This document shows, piece by piece, positions 7,663 to 17,377 of a stretch of DNA of 64,000 bases. This DNA comes from Oscillospiraceae bacterium (lineage in GTDB: Bacteria; Bacillota; Clostridia; Oscillospirales; Ruminococcaceae), in assembly GCA_029067895.1 (NCBI GenBank), contig JAIEDQ010000058.1:1545-65544 (forward strand), in the 5' to 3' direction. A model generated the notes under the pieces. That model ran no database searches and was not told where the DNA came from. It saw only the letters and a program-made list of their open reading frames with translations. Both the position numbers and the translations under genes were made by a program. Numbering within the stretch: the first letter of the stretch is position 1; each line of letters begins with the position of its first letter.

Positions 7663-7703
7663 GCCGCTGTCCGTATGCAGAACGGACGGCGGCTTCTTTT
7701 TTT
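7663..7703 (+). terminator. Strong intrinsic terminator, followed by a second hairpin with a T run at 7704-7738
   Basis: GCCGCTGTCCGT-loop-ACGGACGGCGGC followed by TTCTTTTTTT. Confidence 0.75.
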
Positions 7704-7790
7704 AGCGGAGACCATTTCGGTTTCCGCTGTCTTTTTTTGTCTTTTTGTTTGAACACAAGTATATTTTTTAACAAAATTACAAAGAAACCC

Positions 7791-7819
7791 TTGACATTTG
7801 TTAGTCAAATTGTTATAAT
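7791..7819 (+). promoter_or_regulatory. Promoter (TTGACA-17-TATAAT) of the ABC importer locus
   Basis: TTGACA at 7791-7796, TATAAT at 7814-7819. Confidence 0.6.
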
Positions 7820-7957
7820 AGTTATGCAACTCTATATAATTTTTTCAATCCGTCGCCGTTTTTTTGTGTAATTGTCACGATATTTACATAATTAACGTCC
7901 ACTCTCCCAGTCCGCGGCTCCGCTGACCACGGCTCGGAAAACGGATTTTTATGAAAG

Positions 7958-10894
7958 GTGGTCTATCTGTTGTCAAGGAAAACGAATTTTAAGAGAATTT
8001 TGTCCGCGGCGGTGGCGGTTCTCATTTGTGTTCCTGTCTTGTCCTGCTTCCCCGCTTCCGCGGAGGACGAGGCGGCGGGAAGCTCCGACACCTCCGAAGC
8101 CTCCGCTGTCGCTTATGTCAGGCAGAAAACCTACAGCGAATATTATGACGAGATCGAGGACGCAGCCCGTCCCAAAGCCGAAGTCATGCTTTCCTATTCG
8201 GGCAAAAGCAGCGATGCCGAAGCGGAGATCGCTTCCTTTGAGGGCAGAGACAATGTTCTTGTCTGGTCCAATGAAGAGGGCAGAATCGATTTTACCGTCG
8301 ACGTCCCCGAGACAGGCGCTTATCAGTTTGAGGTGAGCTATTATCCCCTCCCCTACGGCGCGACTAATACCGAGTTCTCTGTCCTGCTGGACGGCGAATC
8401 CCCGTATGATACCGCGACCCGTGCTGCGCTGCCCCATATCTGGACAGGTGCGTACCCAATCTCCACGGATTCAAAGGACAACGAGGTCCGTCCTCCGCAG
8501 GTGCAGTCCCCTAAGTGGGTGACGACCATGCTTACCGATGTGGACGGTCTGTTCAATGACCCTCTCTATTTCTATCTGGAGGCGGGTACTCATACAATTT
8601 CTCTCGAGTCCGAGCGCGCTTCTGTGGCTATCGAATACATAAAGCTGTGCAATATGGACGATTTCGAGACCTATAAAAAGCCCTCCGATTCCGAGCTTGC
8701 GGCGAACAGCGGCGCCGAGGTCATCAAGCTTCAGGGAGAGCAGTACGCTTACACAAATTCCCAGACCCTTTTCCCGACCTATGACAGAGGTTCCTATCTT
8801 GTTGAACCCTCTCACCCCTCAAAGCAGAGGTACAACACGGTCGGCGACGGCACTTGGGATACTGCCGGTCAGGCTATTACCTGGGAAATGAACGTTACTT
8901 CCGCAGGCTACTATAAGATCGGCATAAAGGCGCGTCAGAACGAGCTGCGCGGTCTTTATTCAAACCGCCGTCTCTATATTGACGGCAAGGTTCCCAACGA
9001 GTGCTTCAGTCAGATCAAGTTCCAGTACGACGACGACTGGCTCATGGTCGTTCCTGAGGACGAAAACGGCGACCCCGCTTACGTTTACCTTGAACCCGGC
9101 AAGCACGAGCTTTCACTGGAGGTAATCCCCGGTGAGATCGGCGAGTCTATGAGACGTCTCGACAATATCGTTTACACTGCTAACCAGTACTATATGCAGA
9201 TCCTTATGATCACAGGTCCGTCTCCCGATAAGTACACCGACTACTATGTTCACAGAGAGATTCCCGAGCTTGTTTCGGTTTTTGAAAATCTTTCCGTTCA
9301 GCTTCTCGTCGAGGAGAAAAACATCGAGGAACTTGCAGGAAACGCAGGTACTGAGGCTGCCGCTCTCGAAAGACTGGCTACAGTTCTCGAAAGAGGCGCG
9401 GATAAGCCCAACAAGATCCCCAGCATGATATCCAACAGCTCCATTAAGGATAACGTGGCTTCCGTTTCATCCTGGATGAGACAGTACAGAGAGCAGCCCC
9501 TTGAGATCGACTTCATTGAGGTCGCTCCCGCCGATGCGAAATTTACTTCGGTAAAGTCCAATTTCGGCAAGAGCTTTGCTTTCGGCTTTAAAGGCTTTAT
9601 AAATTCTTTCTTTGAGGACTATACAAAGCTTTCCGACGTAAACGGCGAATCCATCAACGTATGGGTAGGTCTCGGACGTGACCAGGCAAACGTTATCAAG
9701 CAGATGACAGACTCCGACTTCAATACCAGCCACAGCACACAGGTTTCCATCAACCTTGTTCAGGGCGGTATCATGGAGGCGGTACTGGCAGGAAAGGGTC
9801 CTGACGCTTCCCTGTTCGTGGGCGGCGAGTTCCCCGTTAACCTGGCGGTAAGAGGTCTTATCGTGCCTATGGACGATATGAACGGCTTTGACAACGTTAT
9901 GTCAAGATTCCAGAGGACTGCTGCCGTAAACTACCAGTACGACGGACAGACCTACGCTATTCCTATCGACAGAAACTTCCCCATGATGTTCTACCGTAAG
10001 GATATGCTGGCTCAGATCGGCGTTACCGAGCCTCCCGAAACGTGGGACGATCTTATAGATATGCTCCCCGCTATCCAGAGAAAGTATATGCAGCCCGGTC
10101 TTATCCTTCCCGGCGTAGCGGCGTCCACAGGTCTGAACACAGCCGGCGTATCGGTTTCTCCCGCTACCGAGGCAGGTCATACCTTTGCACTGCTTATGCT
10201 CCAGTCGGGCATGAATTACTACAACGACGCTCAGACAGCTACAAACTTCGATACTCAGACAGCGGTTGACGCTTTCGCTACATGGACTGATTTCTACAAT
10301 GTATATAAGTTCGACCAGACCTACGATGCATTTACACGTTTCAGAACAGGCGAAGCTCCTATCGTTATACAGGGCTACTGCGGATTCTATAACCAGCTCA
10401 ACGTTGCCGCTCCCGAAATAAAGGGACTGTGGGACTTCTGCGAGGTTCCCGGAACACGCAGAGCGGACGGTACAATTTCCCACGCTTCCAACTCTAACGG
10501 TTCGGGTGCGATAATCCTTTCAAACTGCAAGGATAAGGATGCGGCATGGGAATTCATCAAGTGGTTCACCGATACGGATACCATGGTTGAGTACGGTCAG
10601 AACGTAGAGGGCGTTATGGGTCCTCTCGGACGGTTCTCTCCCGCAAACGTAGAGGCTCTCAAGCAGCTTAACTGGTCCAATAAGGATCTGGAAAAGATAC
10701 TCTCCCAGATGGATGAGCTTGAAGAAATACCCATCGTTCCCTCCGCCTACGTTGTTACAAGAAGTATCATGAACGCGTTCAGGTCGGTCGTAAACGATAA
10801 GGACAACGCCCGTGAGACCCTGCGCTGGTACAATATCGACATCAACAGAGAAATTACAAGAAAACGAGAAAATCTCGGTCTTGATGATGAATAA
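7958..10894 (+). CDS. Giant extracellular solute-binding protein (family 1, sugar type) with an N-terminal extension of about 450 aa holding two CBM-like beta-sandwich modules
   Basis: Signal/lipobox-like N-terminus (VPVLSCF). The start is more likely TTG at 7970, behind AGGTGG. The C-terminal half (INVWVGLGRDQANVIKQM...YAIPIDRNFPMMFYRKDML...ETWDDLIDMLP) is typical of SBP family 1. The N-terminus has two segments of the G-x-Y-x-hydrophobic...L-x-hydrophobic-D/N-G type: TGAYQFEVSYYP...VLLDG and AGYYKIGIKAR...LYIDG. Confidence 0.8.
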   Translation: MVYLLSRKTNFKRILSAAVAVLICVPVLSCFPASAEDEAAGSSDTSEASAVAYVRQKTYSEYYDEIEDAARPKAEVMLSYSGKSSDAEAEIASFEGRDNVLVWSNEEGRIDFTVDVPETGAYQFEVSYYPLPYGATNTEFSVLLDGESPYDTATRAALPHIWTGAYPISTDSKDNEVRPPQVQSPKWVTTMLTDVDGLFNDPLYFYLEAGTHTISLESERASVAIEYIKLCNMDDFETYKKPSDSELAANSGAEVIKLQGEQYAYTNSQTLFPTYDRGSYLVEPSHPSKQRYNTVGDGTWDTAGQAITWEMNVTSAGYYKIGIKARQNELRGLYSNRRLYIDGKVPNECFSQIKFQYDDDWLMVVPEDENGDPAYVYLEPGKHELSLEVIPGEIGESMRRLDNIVYTANQYYMQILMITGPSPDKYTDYYVHREIPELVSVFENLSVQLLVEEKNIEELAGNAGTEAAALERLATVLERGADKPNKIPSMISNSSIKDNVASVSSWMRQYREQPLEIDFIEVAPADAKFTSVKSNFGKSFAFGFKGFINSFFEDYTKLSDVNGESINVWVGLGRDQANVIKQMTDSDFNTSHSTQVSINLVQGGIMEAVLAGKGPDASLFVGGEFPVNLAVRGLIVPMDDMNGFDNVMSRFQRTAAVNYQYDGQTYAIPIDRNFPMMFYRKDMLAQIGVTEPPETWDDLIDMLPAIQRKYMQPGLILPGVAASTGLNTAGVSVSPATEAGHTFALLMLQSGMNYYNDAQTATNFDTQTAVDAFATWTDFYNVYKFDQTYDAFTRFRTGEAPIVIQGYCGFYNQLNVAAPEIKGLWDFCEVPGTRRADGTISHASNSNGSGAIILSNCKDKDAAWEFIKWFTDTDTMVEYGQNVEGVMGPLGRFSPANVEALKQLNWSNKDLEKILSQMDELEEIPIVPSAYVVTRSIMNAFRSVVNDKDNARETLRWYNIDINREITRKRENLGLDDE

Positions 10895-10896
10895 GA

Positions 10897-11877
10897 ATGG
10901 AGGGTTTACCTTTGGCTGCTGAGACTCAAAAAAAGGAAATTTTGCTGCCCAGCGAGCGCAAGATGTCCTTTAAGGAAAGATGGGGCTACACATGGCACGA
11001 GATGAAGCGCAACTCTATGTGCTACCTCATGATGCTTCCTTTTATGATCTTCTTCCTGTTTTTTACGGTAATTCCCGTAGTTATGGCGCTTCCTATCGGT
11101 TTTACCGACTTCGACATGGCGCATTTTCCGCCGAAATTCATCGGCTTGCAGAACTTCTACACAATGTTCCTTGAGGACGACGTTTTCATCGGCTCTATCA
11201 GAACGACTCTGATCTTTGCGATCTTTACCGGTCCTCTCAGCTACGCGCTCAGCTTCTTTCTTGCGTGGCTTATCAACGAGCTTCACCCCGTACTAAAAAC
11301 AATATTCACCCTTATTTTCTACGCTCCGTCTATGGCGGGAAACATCTACTTCGTATGGCAGCTCATCTTCTCAGGCGACGCTTACGGTTACCTTAATGCC
11401 GTTCTGAACGAGCTGGGCATCACTACTGCGGCTATACAGTGGCTCACCGACGCAAACTACCTGCTTGGCTGCGTTATCGTGGTACAGCTGTGGGTATCCA
11501 TGGGCGCAGGCTTCCTTGCTATGAGAGCGGGCTTCCAGGGTATCGACAAGGCAATGTACGAGGCGGGAGCTATCGAGGGCATAAGCAACAGATGGCAGGA
11601 GCTTATCTACATAACTATCCCCTCTATGGGACCTCAGCTTATGTTCGCCGCTGTAATGCAGATCGTATCTTCGTTCACAGTTGACCTGGTGGGCAGAAGC
11701 CTCGCGGGCTTCCCCTCCACGGACTATAAGGCTCACACTATCATGACCCACGCCTTTGACTACGGCTGGATCCGTTACGAAATGGGCTACGCTTCGGCAA
11801 TATGCTTCGTGCTGTTCCTGGCGATGCTGCTGTGTAACCAGCTGATCTCAAAGATCCTGGGCAAGTACATGAATTAG
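10897..11877 (+). CDS. Sugar ABC transporter permease (MalF/LplB-like)
   Basis: Six-TM pattern with the EAA-type loop DKAMYEAGAIEGISNRWQELIYITIP. Confidence 0.9.
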   Translation: MEGLPLAAETQKKEILLPSERKMSFKERWGYTWHEMKRNSMCYLMMLPFMIFFLFFTVIPVVMALPIGFTDFDMAHFPPKFIGLQNFYTMFLEDDVFIGSIRTTLIFAIFTGPLSYALSFFLAWLINELHPVLKTIFTLIFYAPSMAGNIYFVWQLIFSGDAYGYLNAVLNELGITTAAIQWLTDANYLLGCVIVVQLWVSMGAGFLAMRAGFQGIDKAMYEAGAIEGISNRWQELIYITIPSMGPQLMFAAVMQIVSSFTVDLVGRSLAGFPSTDYKAHTIMTHAFDYGWIRYEMGYASAICFVLFLAMLLCNQLISKILGKYMN

Positions 11878-11898
11878 GAATGAGGTGAGGATTACATA

Positions 11899-12870
11899 AT
11901 GGCTAAAAAAGAACTTAAACCGTCCCAGATACAGGCGCAGATAGAGGCTGAGAACGCCGCCGCGCTGGAAGCTCTGAGAAAAAGGCGGGAAAAGGAACAC
12001 CGCAAAATGGAGCGCTCCAAAGGCTCCAACAAGCAGGTAGGCAAGAGCTGGAAAAATGATATAGGAATTTTCCTGTTTCTGACTGTGCTCGGTCTGTTCA
12101 TGCTGGCACCTATCTATATCGCAATCGTTACCTCGCTGAAGCCGGTAAATGAAATCTTCATCATGCCGCCGCGTCTTTACGCGATGGACCCCACCGGCGA
12201 CAACTTCAAGGATCTGTTCGTTGTTGCAAACAACTCGTGGGTTCCTTTCTCGAGAAACGTTTTCAACAGTGTTTTCGTTACCGTTGCGGCAACGCTGTTC
12301 CACGTTCTTTTCGCTTGTACGGCAGGCTTTATCCTTGCAAAGTGCAGATTCCCCGGTTGTAAGGCTATCAACAAGATAATCGTTATCGCGCTGCTCTTCA
12401 ACAGCCAGGTAACCTACATCATGCAGTACATAGTTATGGCTAATCTGGGTATGATCAATACCTACTCGGCTCTGATCTTCCCGCTTATCGCTTCAACAAT
12501 GGGTCTTTACCTTATGATCCAGAGCGTGGGACAGATCCCCGACGCCATGATCGAAGCGGCTAAGGTGGACGGCGCAAGCCTCCTGCGTATATGCTGGGGT
12601 ATCGTTATGCCGAACTCTAAGCCTGCGCTTATGACTATTATCATCTTCCAGTTCCAGGCGGCTTGGAACTCAAACGGCGGCTCGCTGGTTTACGATGAGG
12701 CGCTGAAGACCATTCCTACCGTTGTTCAGCAGATCGCTGCCGCCGGTATGGCGAGACAGGGCGCGATCGCGGCGTCCGCGGTAGTGCTTATGATCCCGCC
12801 GCTGGCAATCTTCATCGCCGCACAGAGCAACGTTATGGAAACTATGGCTCACGCCGGTATGAAGGACTGA
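11899..12870 (+). CDS. Sugar ABC transporter permease (MalG/LplC-like)
   Basis: RBS GAGGTGAGG. EAA loop PDAMIEAAKVDGASLLRICWGIVMP. Confidence 0.9.
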   Translation: MAKKELKPSQIQAQIEAENAAALEALRKRREKEHRKMERSKGSNKQVGKSWKNDIGIFLFLTVLGLFMLAPIYIAIVTSLKPVNEIFIMPPRLYAMDPTGDNFKDLFVVANNSWVPFSRNVFNSVFVTVAATLFHVLFACTAGFILAKCRFPGCKAINKIIVIALLFNSQVTYIMQYIVMANLGMINTYSALIFPLIASTMGLYLMIQSVGQIPDAMIEAAKVDGASLLRICWGIVMPNSKPALMTIIIFQFQAAWNSNGGSLVYDEALKTIPTVVQQIAAAGMARQGAIAASAVVLMIPPLAIFIAAQSNVMETMAHAGMKD

Positions 12871-12928
12871 CGCTTCCGTATAAGATTTTTGCGGACGCAG
12901 CTTCTAATTTGATTAATGGAGGGATAAT

Positions 12929-14425
12929 ATGTCAAGCTTTAAAAAGCTTCTTTCATTGGTTTCCGCCGCGGCTCTGGCAGTTTCGGCGCTGACCGTGAAT
13001 GTTTCCGCTCTGGAAACATATGACCCTTACAGCTATGACAGGTGGGGCGACCCGGTCGCTTCCCAGGCGGGCTATACCGCTGAAAAATACGTTGACGGCG
13101 AAACGATAGGCTGCGGCTCTCTTTTTGAACCCGCGGATCTGTTTATTTCCCACGACGATCTTATGTACATAGCGGATAAGGGCAACAACAGAATTGTTAT
13201 TACAGACCTTGACTTTAACTTTGTAAGGGAAATGAAAGAGTTCTCCTATAACGGAGAGACCCTTACGCTGAAAAAGCCTACGGGCGTTTACGTGGATCAG
13301 TACACAGGCAATATTTATGTGTGCGATACCGAAAACGACAGAGTTATCAAGTGCGATACCGACGGAAACGTGGACAGACTTTTCACCAAGCCCGACAGCG
13401 AGCTTTACGACCAGAACCTTACCTACAACCCCGCAAAGGTGCTTGTGGATAAGGCGGGCAACGTTTATGTCATCGTTAAGTCCCAGACAAAGGGTGCGGT
13501 AATGTTTGACGTCAACGGCGAGTTCCTGGGCTTCTACGGAGCGAACCGCGTTGAGGCTACGGCTGAGGTTCTTGCGAACGCTTTCTGGAACCTTATCGGA
13601 ACCGAAGCCCAGAGAGAAAGACGTGCAAAGCAGACTCCTATCGGCTTCTCTAACTTTGATATCGACGACGACGGCTTCATCTTTACCGTTACCGAATCCC
13701 AGGAGGTCGATACCGACCTTGTTAAAAAGCTTAACCCCAGAGGCGACAACATTCTCGACTCGCTGGGCGCGGCGGATATGACCTTCGGTGATATACCTCC
13801 CGCATACTACTCGATCTATTCCAAGAAGTCCAGCCTTACCGATATTGACTTAGGTCCTAACGGCGAGCTGAATATTCTGGACTTCCAGCACGGACGTATC
13901 TTCCAGTACGACAAGGAATGCTGGCTGCTGTTCATCATGGGCGGCTCCGGAGACCAGCTGGGTCTGTTCCTTTCGGCGGCGGCTATCGAAAGCCATGACA
14001 ATCATCTGTACGTTCTGGATTCGAGAAAAAATAACATCACGATCTTTACAAGAACCGTTTTCGGCGAGATCGTTACCGAAGCGGCTAACCTCTACAACGA
14101 CGGTCTTTACGAGGAGTCCCTCGAACCGTGGAGAAACGTTCTGAAGTACGACGGAAACTACCGCAGAGCCTATATCGGTATAGGAAACGCGCTCTACAAT
14201 AAGTACGAGTACAGGGAAGCTATGGATTACTTTGAAATATCCATCAGCCGTGTTCGTTACAACAGAGCCTTTGAGGGCTACCGCGACCAGTGGCTGAAAG
14301 AGAACTACGTTGGAGCTATCATCGTAATTATTCTCCTCATCATACTGCTTACGGTATACAACAAGCTGAGAAAGCGCGGAAAGATAGTTTATCCTTGGGA
14401 AAAGAACAGAAAGGGCGGTGTGTGA
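12929..14425 (+). CDS. Secreted NHL-repeat beta-propeller protein with TPR-like C-terminal region and C-terminal membrane anchor
   Basis: Signal peptide plus repeated NNRIVITD, ENDRVIKCD and GNVYVIV type NHL blades. The TM helix IIVIILLIILLTVY lies near the C-terminus. Confidence 0.7.
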   Translation: MSSFKKLLSLVSAAALAVSALTVNVSALETYDPYSYDRWGDPVASQAGYTAEKYVDGETIGCGSLFEPADLFISHDDLMYIADKGNNRIVITDLDFNFVREMKEFSYNGETLTLKKPTGVYVDQYTGNIYVCDTENDRVIKCDTDGNVDRLFTKPDSELYDQNLTYNPAKVLVDKAGNVYVIVKSQTKGAVMFDVNGEFLGFYGANRVEATAEVLANAFWNLIGTEAQRERRAKQTPIGFSNFDIDDDGFIFTVTESQEVDTDLVKKLNPRGDNILDSLGAADMTFGDIPPAYYSIYSKKSSLTDIDLGPNGELNILDFQHGRIFQYDKECWLLFIMGGSGDQLGLFLSAAAIESHDNHLYVLDSRKNNITIFTRTVFGEIVTEAANLYNDGLYEESLEPWRNVLKYDGNYRRAYIGIGNALYNKYEYREAMDYFEISISRVRYNRAFEGYRDQWLKENYVGAIIVIILLIILLTVYNKLRKRGKIVYPWEKNRKGGV

Positions 14426-14426
14426 T

Positions 14427-15056
14427 ATGCTGGATCTGACAAAAGGACAATTTGTTAAACATGTGGTTATGCACCCCTTTGAGGGCTTCGAGGATCTGCG
14501 CTGGAAAAAGCAGGGTTCAATGAGAATAGCTTTTGTCGTTGTCTGCCTGCTGTTCGTTCAGCAGATAGCCTACAGCAGACTTTACGGCTTCCAGTATTAC
14601 TCGGATTATGACAAGATCTTCAACATCGTACCCTATTTGTTCCGCAGCTTTATCCTGTTCGGGACATGGGTAGTGGCAAACTGGGCGATGTGTACGCTTT
14701 TCGACGGCGAGGGAACGATGAAAAATATCTTCGTCAACTCCGCCTACGCGCTTATACCTTATATAACCGGATACCTTATCGGCACGGTTATGTCCCACTT
14801 CCTTATCAGAGACGAATACATCTTCATTCAGTCCGTTGAAGTTATCGGCACGTGCTGGAGCTTCGTTCTTCTGATCTCGGGAATAAAGGCGGTGCATCAG
14901 TTCAGCTTCGGCAAGACTATCGCCTTGATGCTCCTGACGCTGGTCGCCATGGTTGCGATCCTGTTCCTGCTCGTTCTGCTTCTTACGCTGTTCCAGCAGG
15001 TACTGATCTTCATTCTGTCGATCTATACGGAGCTTTCCTACAGATTCAGAGTTTAA
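14427..15056 (+). CDS. Yip1-domain integral membrane protein
   Basis: Five TM helices in a Yip1-like arrangement. The ATG at 14427 lies just after the upstream stop. The ORF track starts the frame at 14418. Confidence 0.6.
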   Translation: MLDLTKGQFVKHVVMHPFEGFEDLRWKKQGSMRIAFVVVCLLFVQQIAYSRLYGFQYYSDYDKIFNIVPYLFRSFILFGTWVVANWAMCTLFDGEGTMKNIFVNSAYALIPYITGYLIGTVMSHFLIRDEYIFIQSVEVIGTCWSFVLLISGIKAVHQFSFGKTIALMLLTLVAMVAILFLLVLLLTLFQQVLIFILSIYTELSYRFRV

Positions 15057-15085
15057 CTAAAATACGAAAAGTGGTGAAATAACGA

Positions 15086-17377
15086 ATGCAGAAAAGGTTA
15101 AAGAAGCTTATTGCCTGCCTTTGCTGTCTGACTATGATGGTCAGCCTGTGCGCTGTCCCCGCAAGCTCGGACAGTGAGGCTTCTGAGGAAACGTCTTCCT
15201 CCGACAGCGACGCTCCTATGGACGAGGACGATTACGCCATGGACGAGGACGTGGTTCTCATTACAGACGAAGAGGCAATGGCTGAAATGAAGCTTGCGGT
15301 CGAAAACGACAAGCTGGCTTTATGGTACAACGACAAGGACGTTACCATTGCGCTGGTGGATAAGACCACAGGCAAGGTATGGTGGTCAAGTCCTATAAAT
15401 GCCGACGCTTCCGCCGGAAGATCCGCTCAGAAGCAGGAGCTTAAATCCGGCATGACTTTGGTATACGGCGAGCCTGCGGCAAGACGTACTACCCAGAGCC
15501 ACAGCAAGGCTAAGAGCAAGGCTAAAATGAAAGTTACCGCTACGGGTTTGGAGGTCACATACGACTTCAATCAGGCGGAGATCACCGTTCCCGTTGTTTA
15601 TACTCTTCATGACGACTATATGAGTCTGAATGTAGTAACTAAGGATATCGAAGAAAAAACCGCGTCAAAGATCACGACAAACCTTACGTTTATGTCCACC
15701 TTCGGCGCAGCAGATACTGAGGAAGAAGGCTACTTCGTTATTCCCGACGGAAGCGGAGCTGTCATAAACTTCAACAACAACAAGGCAGGCTACAGAGTCT
15801 ACAAGGGCAAGGTCTACGGCAGAGACATTACTGCGGTCCAGACCACCAAGCCAAGCATGTCAAGACAGGTTTATCTGCCTATGTACGGAATCATCAAGGG
15901 CGACAGCGGCATGATGGTTGTTGCCGACAAGGGTGATACCTGCGCTTCGATAAACGCTTACGTTGCGGGACAGAAAAGAACAAGCTACAATTCCTGCTAT
16001 TTTGATTTCGAGATAAGAACAAGCGACGAATACCTGATGGGCGGCGAGGCAAATCCCCTCAGAGTTTTCGAGAAGCGCGGAATTCTCGTTCCCGAAATAG
16101 AGGTAAGGTACTATCCCGTTTCCAACAGCGACAAGTCGGATGTAGACTACACCGATATCGCCGCTGCTTACAGAAATTACCTCAAGACATCACAGGGCGT
16201 TGAAAAATCCCCTGCTGCCGACAGCAGCGCGCTCTATGTTGACCTTTACGGCGCTACACTGAAGCAGGAGACCGTTCTCGGCTTCCCCGTTACAATGCAG
16301 CACAAAACTACCTCGTTCAGCGACGCAAAGAATATCCTTGAACAGCTCAAGGGTCTGGGCGTTGACAAAATGGTGGTAAACTACAATCAGTGGACTACCG
16401 CCGACATCAAGGAAAAGGTCGCCGACAAGGCTAAGCCCGCTTCCATTCTTGGCGGCAAGAGCGATTTCAATGCGCTGATGGATTACGCCAAGTCCAACAA
16501 TATCACAATTTACCCCGAGGTAGACAATCTTACATTTAAAAACGGCAACGGTTACTTTACAATGACCGACACGACGATAAGAGTTTCAAACGCTTACTCC
16601 AGACAGATCGAGTACGATCTTGCCCACGGCGTTGAAAATAAGTTCTATGATGCAATGTCGCTGCTCAGCCCGAGAAAGCACGCAAAGATGTTTGCAAATA
16701 TCGGCAAGAGCTACAGCAAGTACGGTCTGGACACTGTTTCGCTGGGAAGCGCAACCACCGTTATCTACGGCGATTACGGCAGAAATTCCATATCGAGAGA
16801 AATGTTCAAGTACAATCTCCAGAGCTACATGGAAGAGCTTAAGGGTTCTGTTCCTTCCATTTTTGCGGACGGCGCAAACGCTTACGTCCTCAAATATGTG
16901 GATCACGTTTCCGACGTTCCCCTTAATTCAAGTAAGTACGACGTTTTCGACGGCGACATTCCTTTCTATCAGATCGTAATGAGCGGTCTCAAGCCCGTTT
17001 CCACCACTGCGGTAAACGGCGACGCTCAGGTTGCGGATCTTGTTCTCAGAGCGATCGCCTGCGGCTCGAACCTCAGATTCGACTTTACCGCAGAGACTGC
17101 CGACGAGCTGAAGGATACCCGCTATGACGTTCTGTACTACGCTAACTACACCTACTGGCTGGAGGATGCGGCAGGCTGCTACAAGTTTGCGAACGAAGTC
17201 CTTTCCCAGACGGCAGGCGCTGAGATCACCGACTACAACGTTCTGTCAGACGGCGAGATCGAAACAGTTTACTCCAACGGAACTACGACCCGTGTGAACC
17301 TGAGCGACAGAACCGTTACAGTCAACGGAAAAACAATCAGCATTTACGACTATGTCGGAGAGGAGGCAATCGGCTGA
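15086..17377 (+). CDS. Large secreted/lipoprotein-like protein of unknown function (recalls DUF5696-type proteins found in sugar ABC loci)
   Basis: Signal peptide with Cys residues, an acidic S/D/E linker and no recognisable catalytic motif. The DUF5696 assignment is from memory of similar loci only. Confidence 0.45.
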   Translation: MQKRLKKLIACLCCLTMMVSLCAVPASSDSEASEETSSSDSDAPMDEDDYAMDEDVVLITDEEAMAEMKLAVENDKLALWYNDKDVTIALVDKTTGKVWWSSPINADASAGRSAQKQELKSGMTLVYGEPAARRTTQSHSKAKSKAKMKVTATGLEVTYDFNQAEITVPVVYTLHDDYMSLNVVTKDIEEKTASKITTNLTFMSTFGAADTEEEGYFVIPDGSGAVINFNNNKAGYRVYKGKVYGRDITAVQTTKPSMSRQVYLPMYGIIKGDSGMMVVADKGDTCASINAYVAGQKRTSYNSCYFDFEIRTSDEYLMGGEANPLRVFEKRGILVPEIEVRYYPVSNSDKSDVDYTDIAAAYRNYLKTSQGVEKSPAADSSALYVDLYGATLKQETVLGFPVTMQHKTTSFSDAKNILEQLKGLGVDKMVVNYNQWTTADIKEKVADKAKPASILGGKSDFNALMDYAKSNNITIYPEVDNLTFKNGNGYFTMTDTTIRVSNAYSRQIEYDLAHGVENKFYDAMSLLSPRKHAKMFANIGKSYSKYGLDTVSLGSATTVIYGDYGRNSISREMFKYNLQSYMEELKGSVPSIFADGANAYVLKYVDHVSDVPLNSSKYDVFDGDIPFYQIVMSGLKPVSTTAVNGDAQVADLVLRAIACGSNLRFDFTAETADELKDTRYDVLYYANYTYWLEDAAGCYKFANEVLSQTAGAEITDYNVLSDGEIETVYSNGTTTRVNLSDRTVTVNGKTISIYDYVGEEAIG

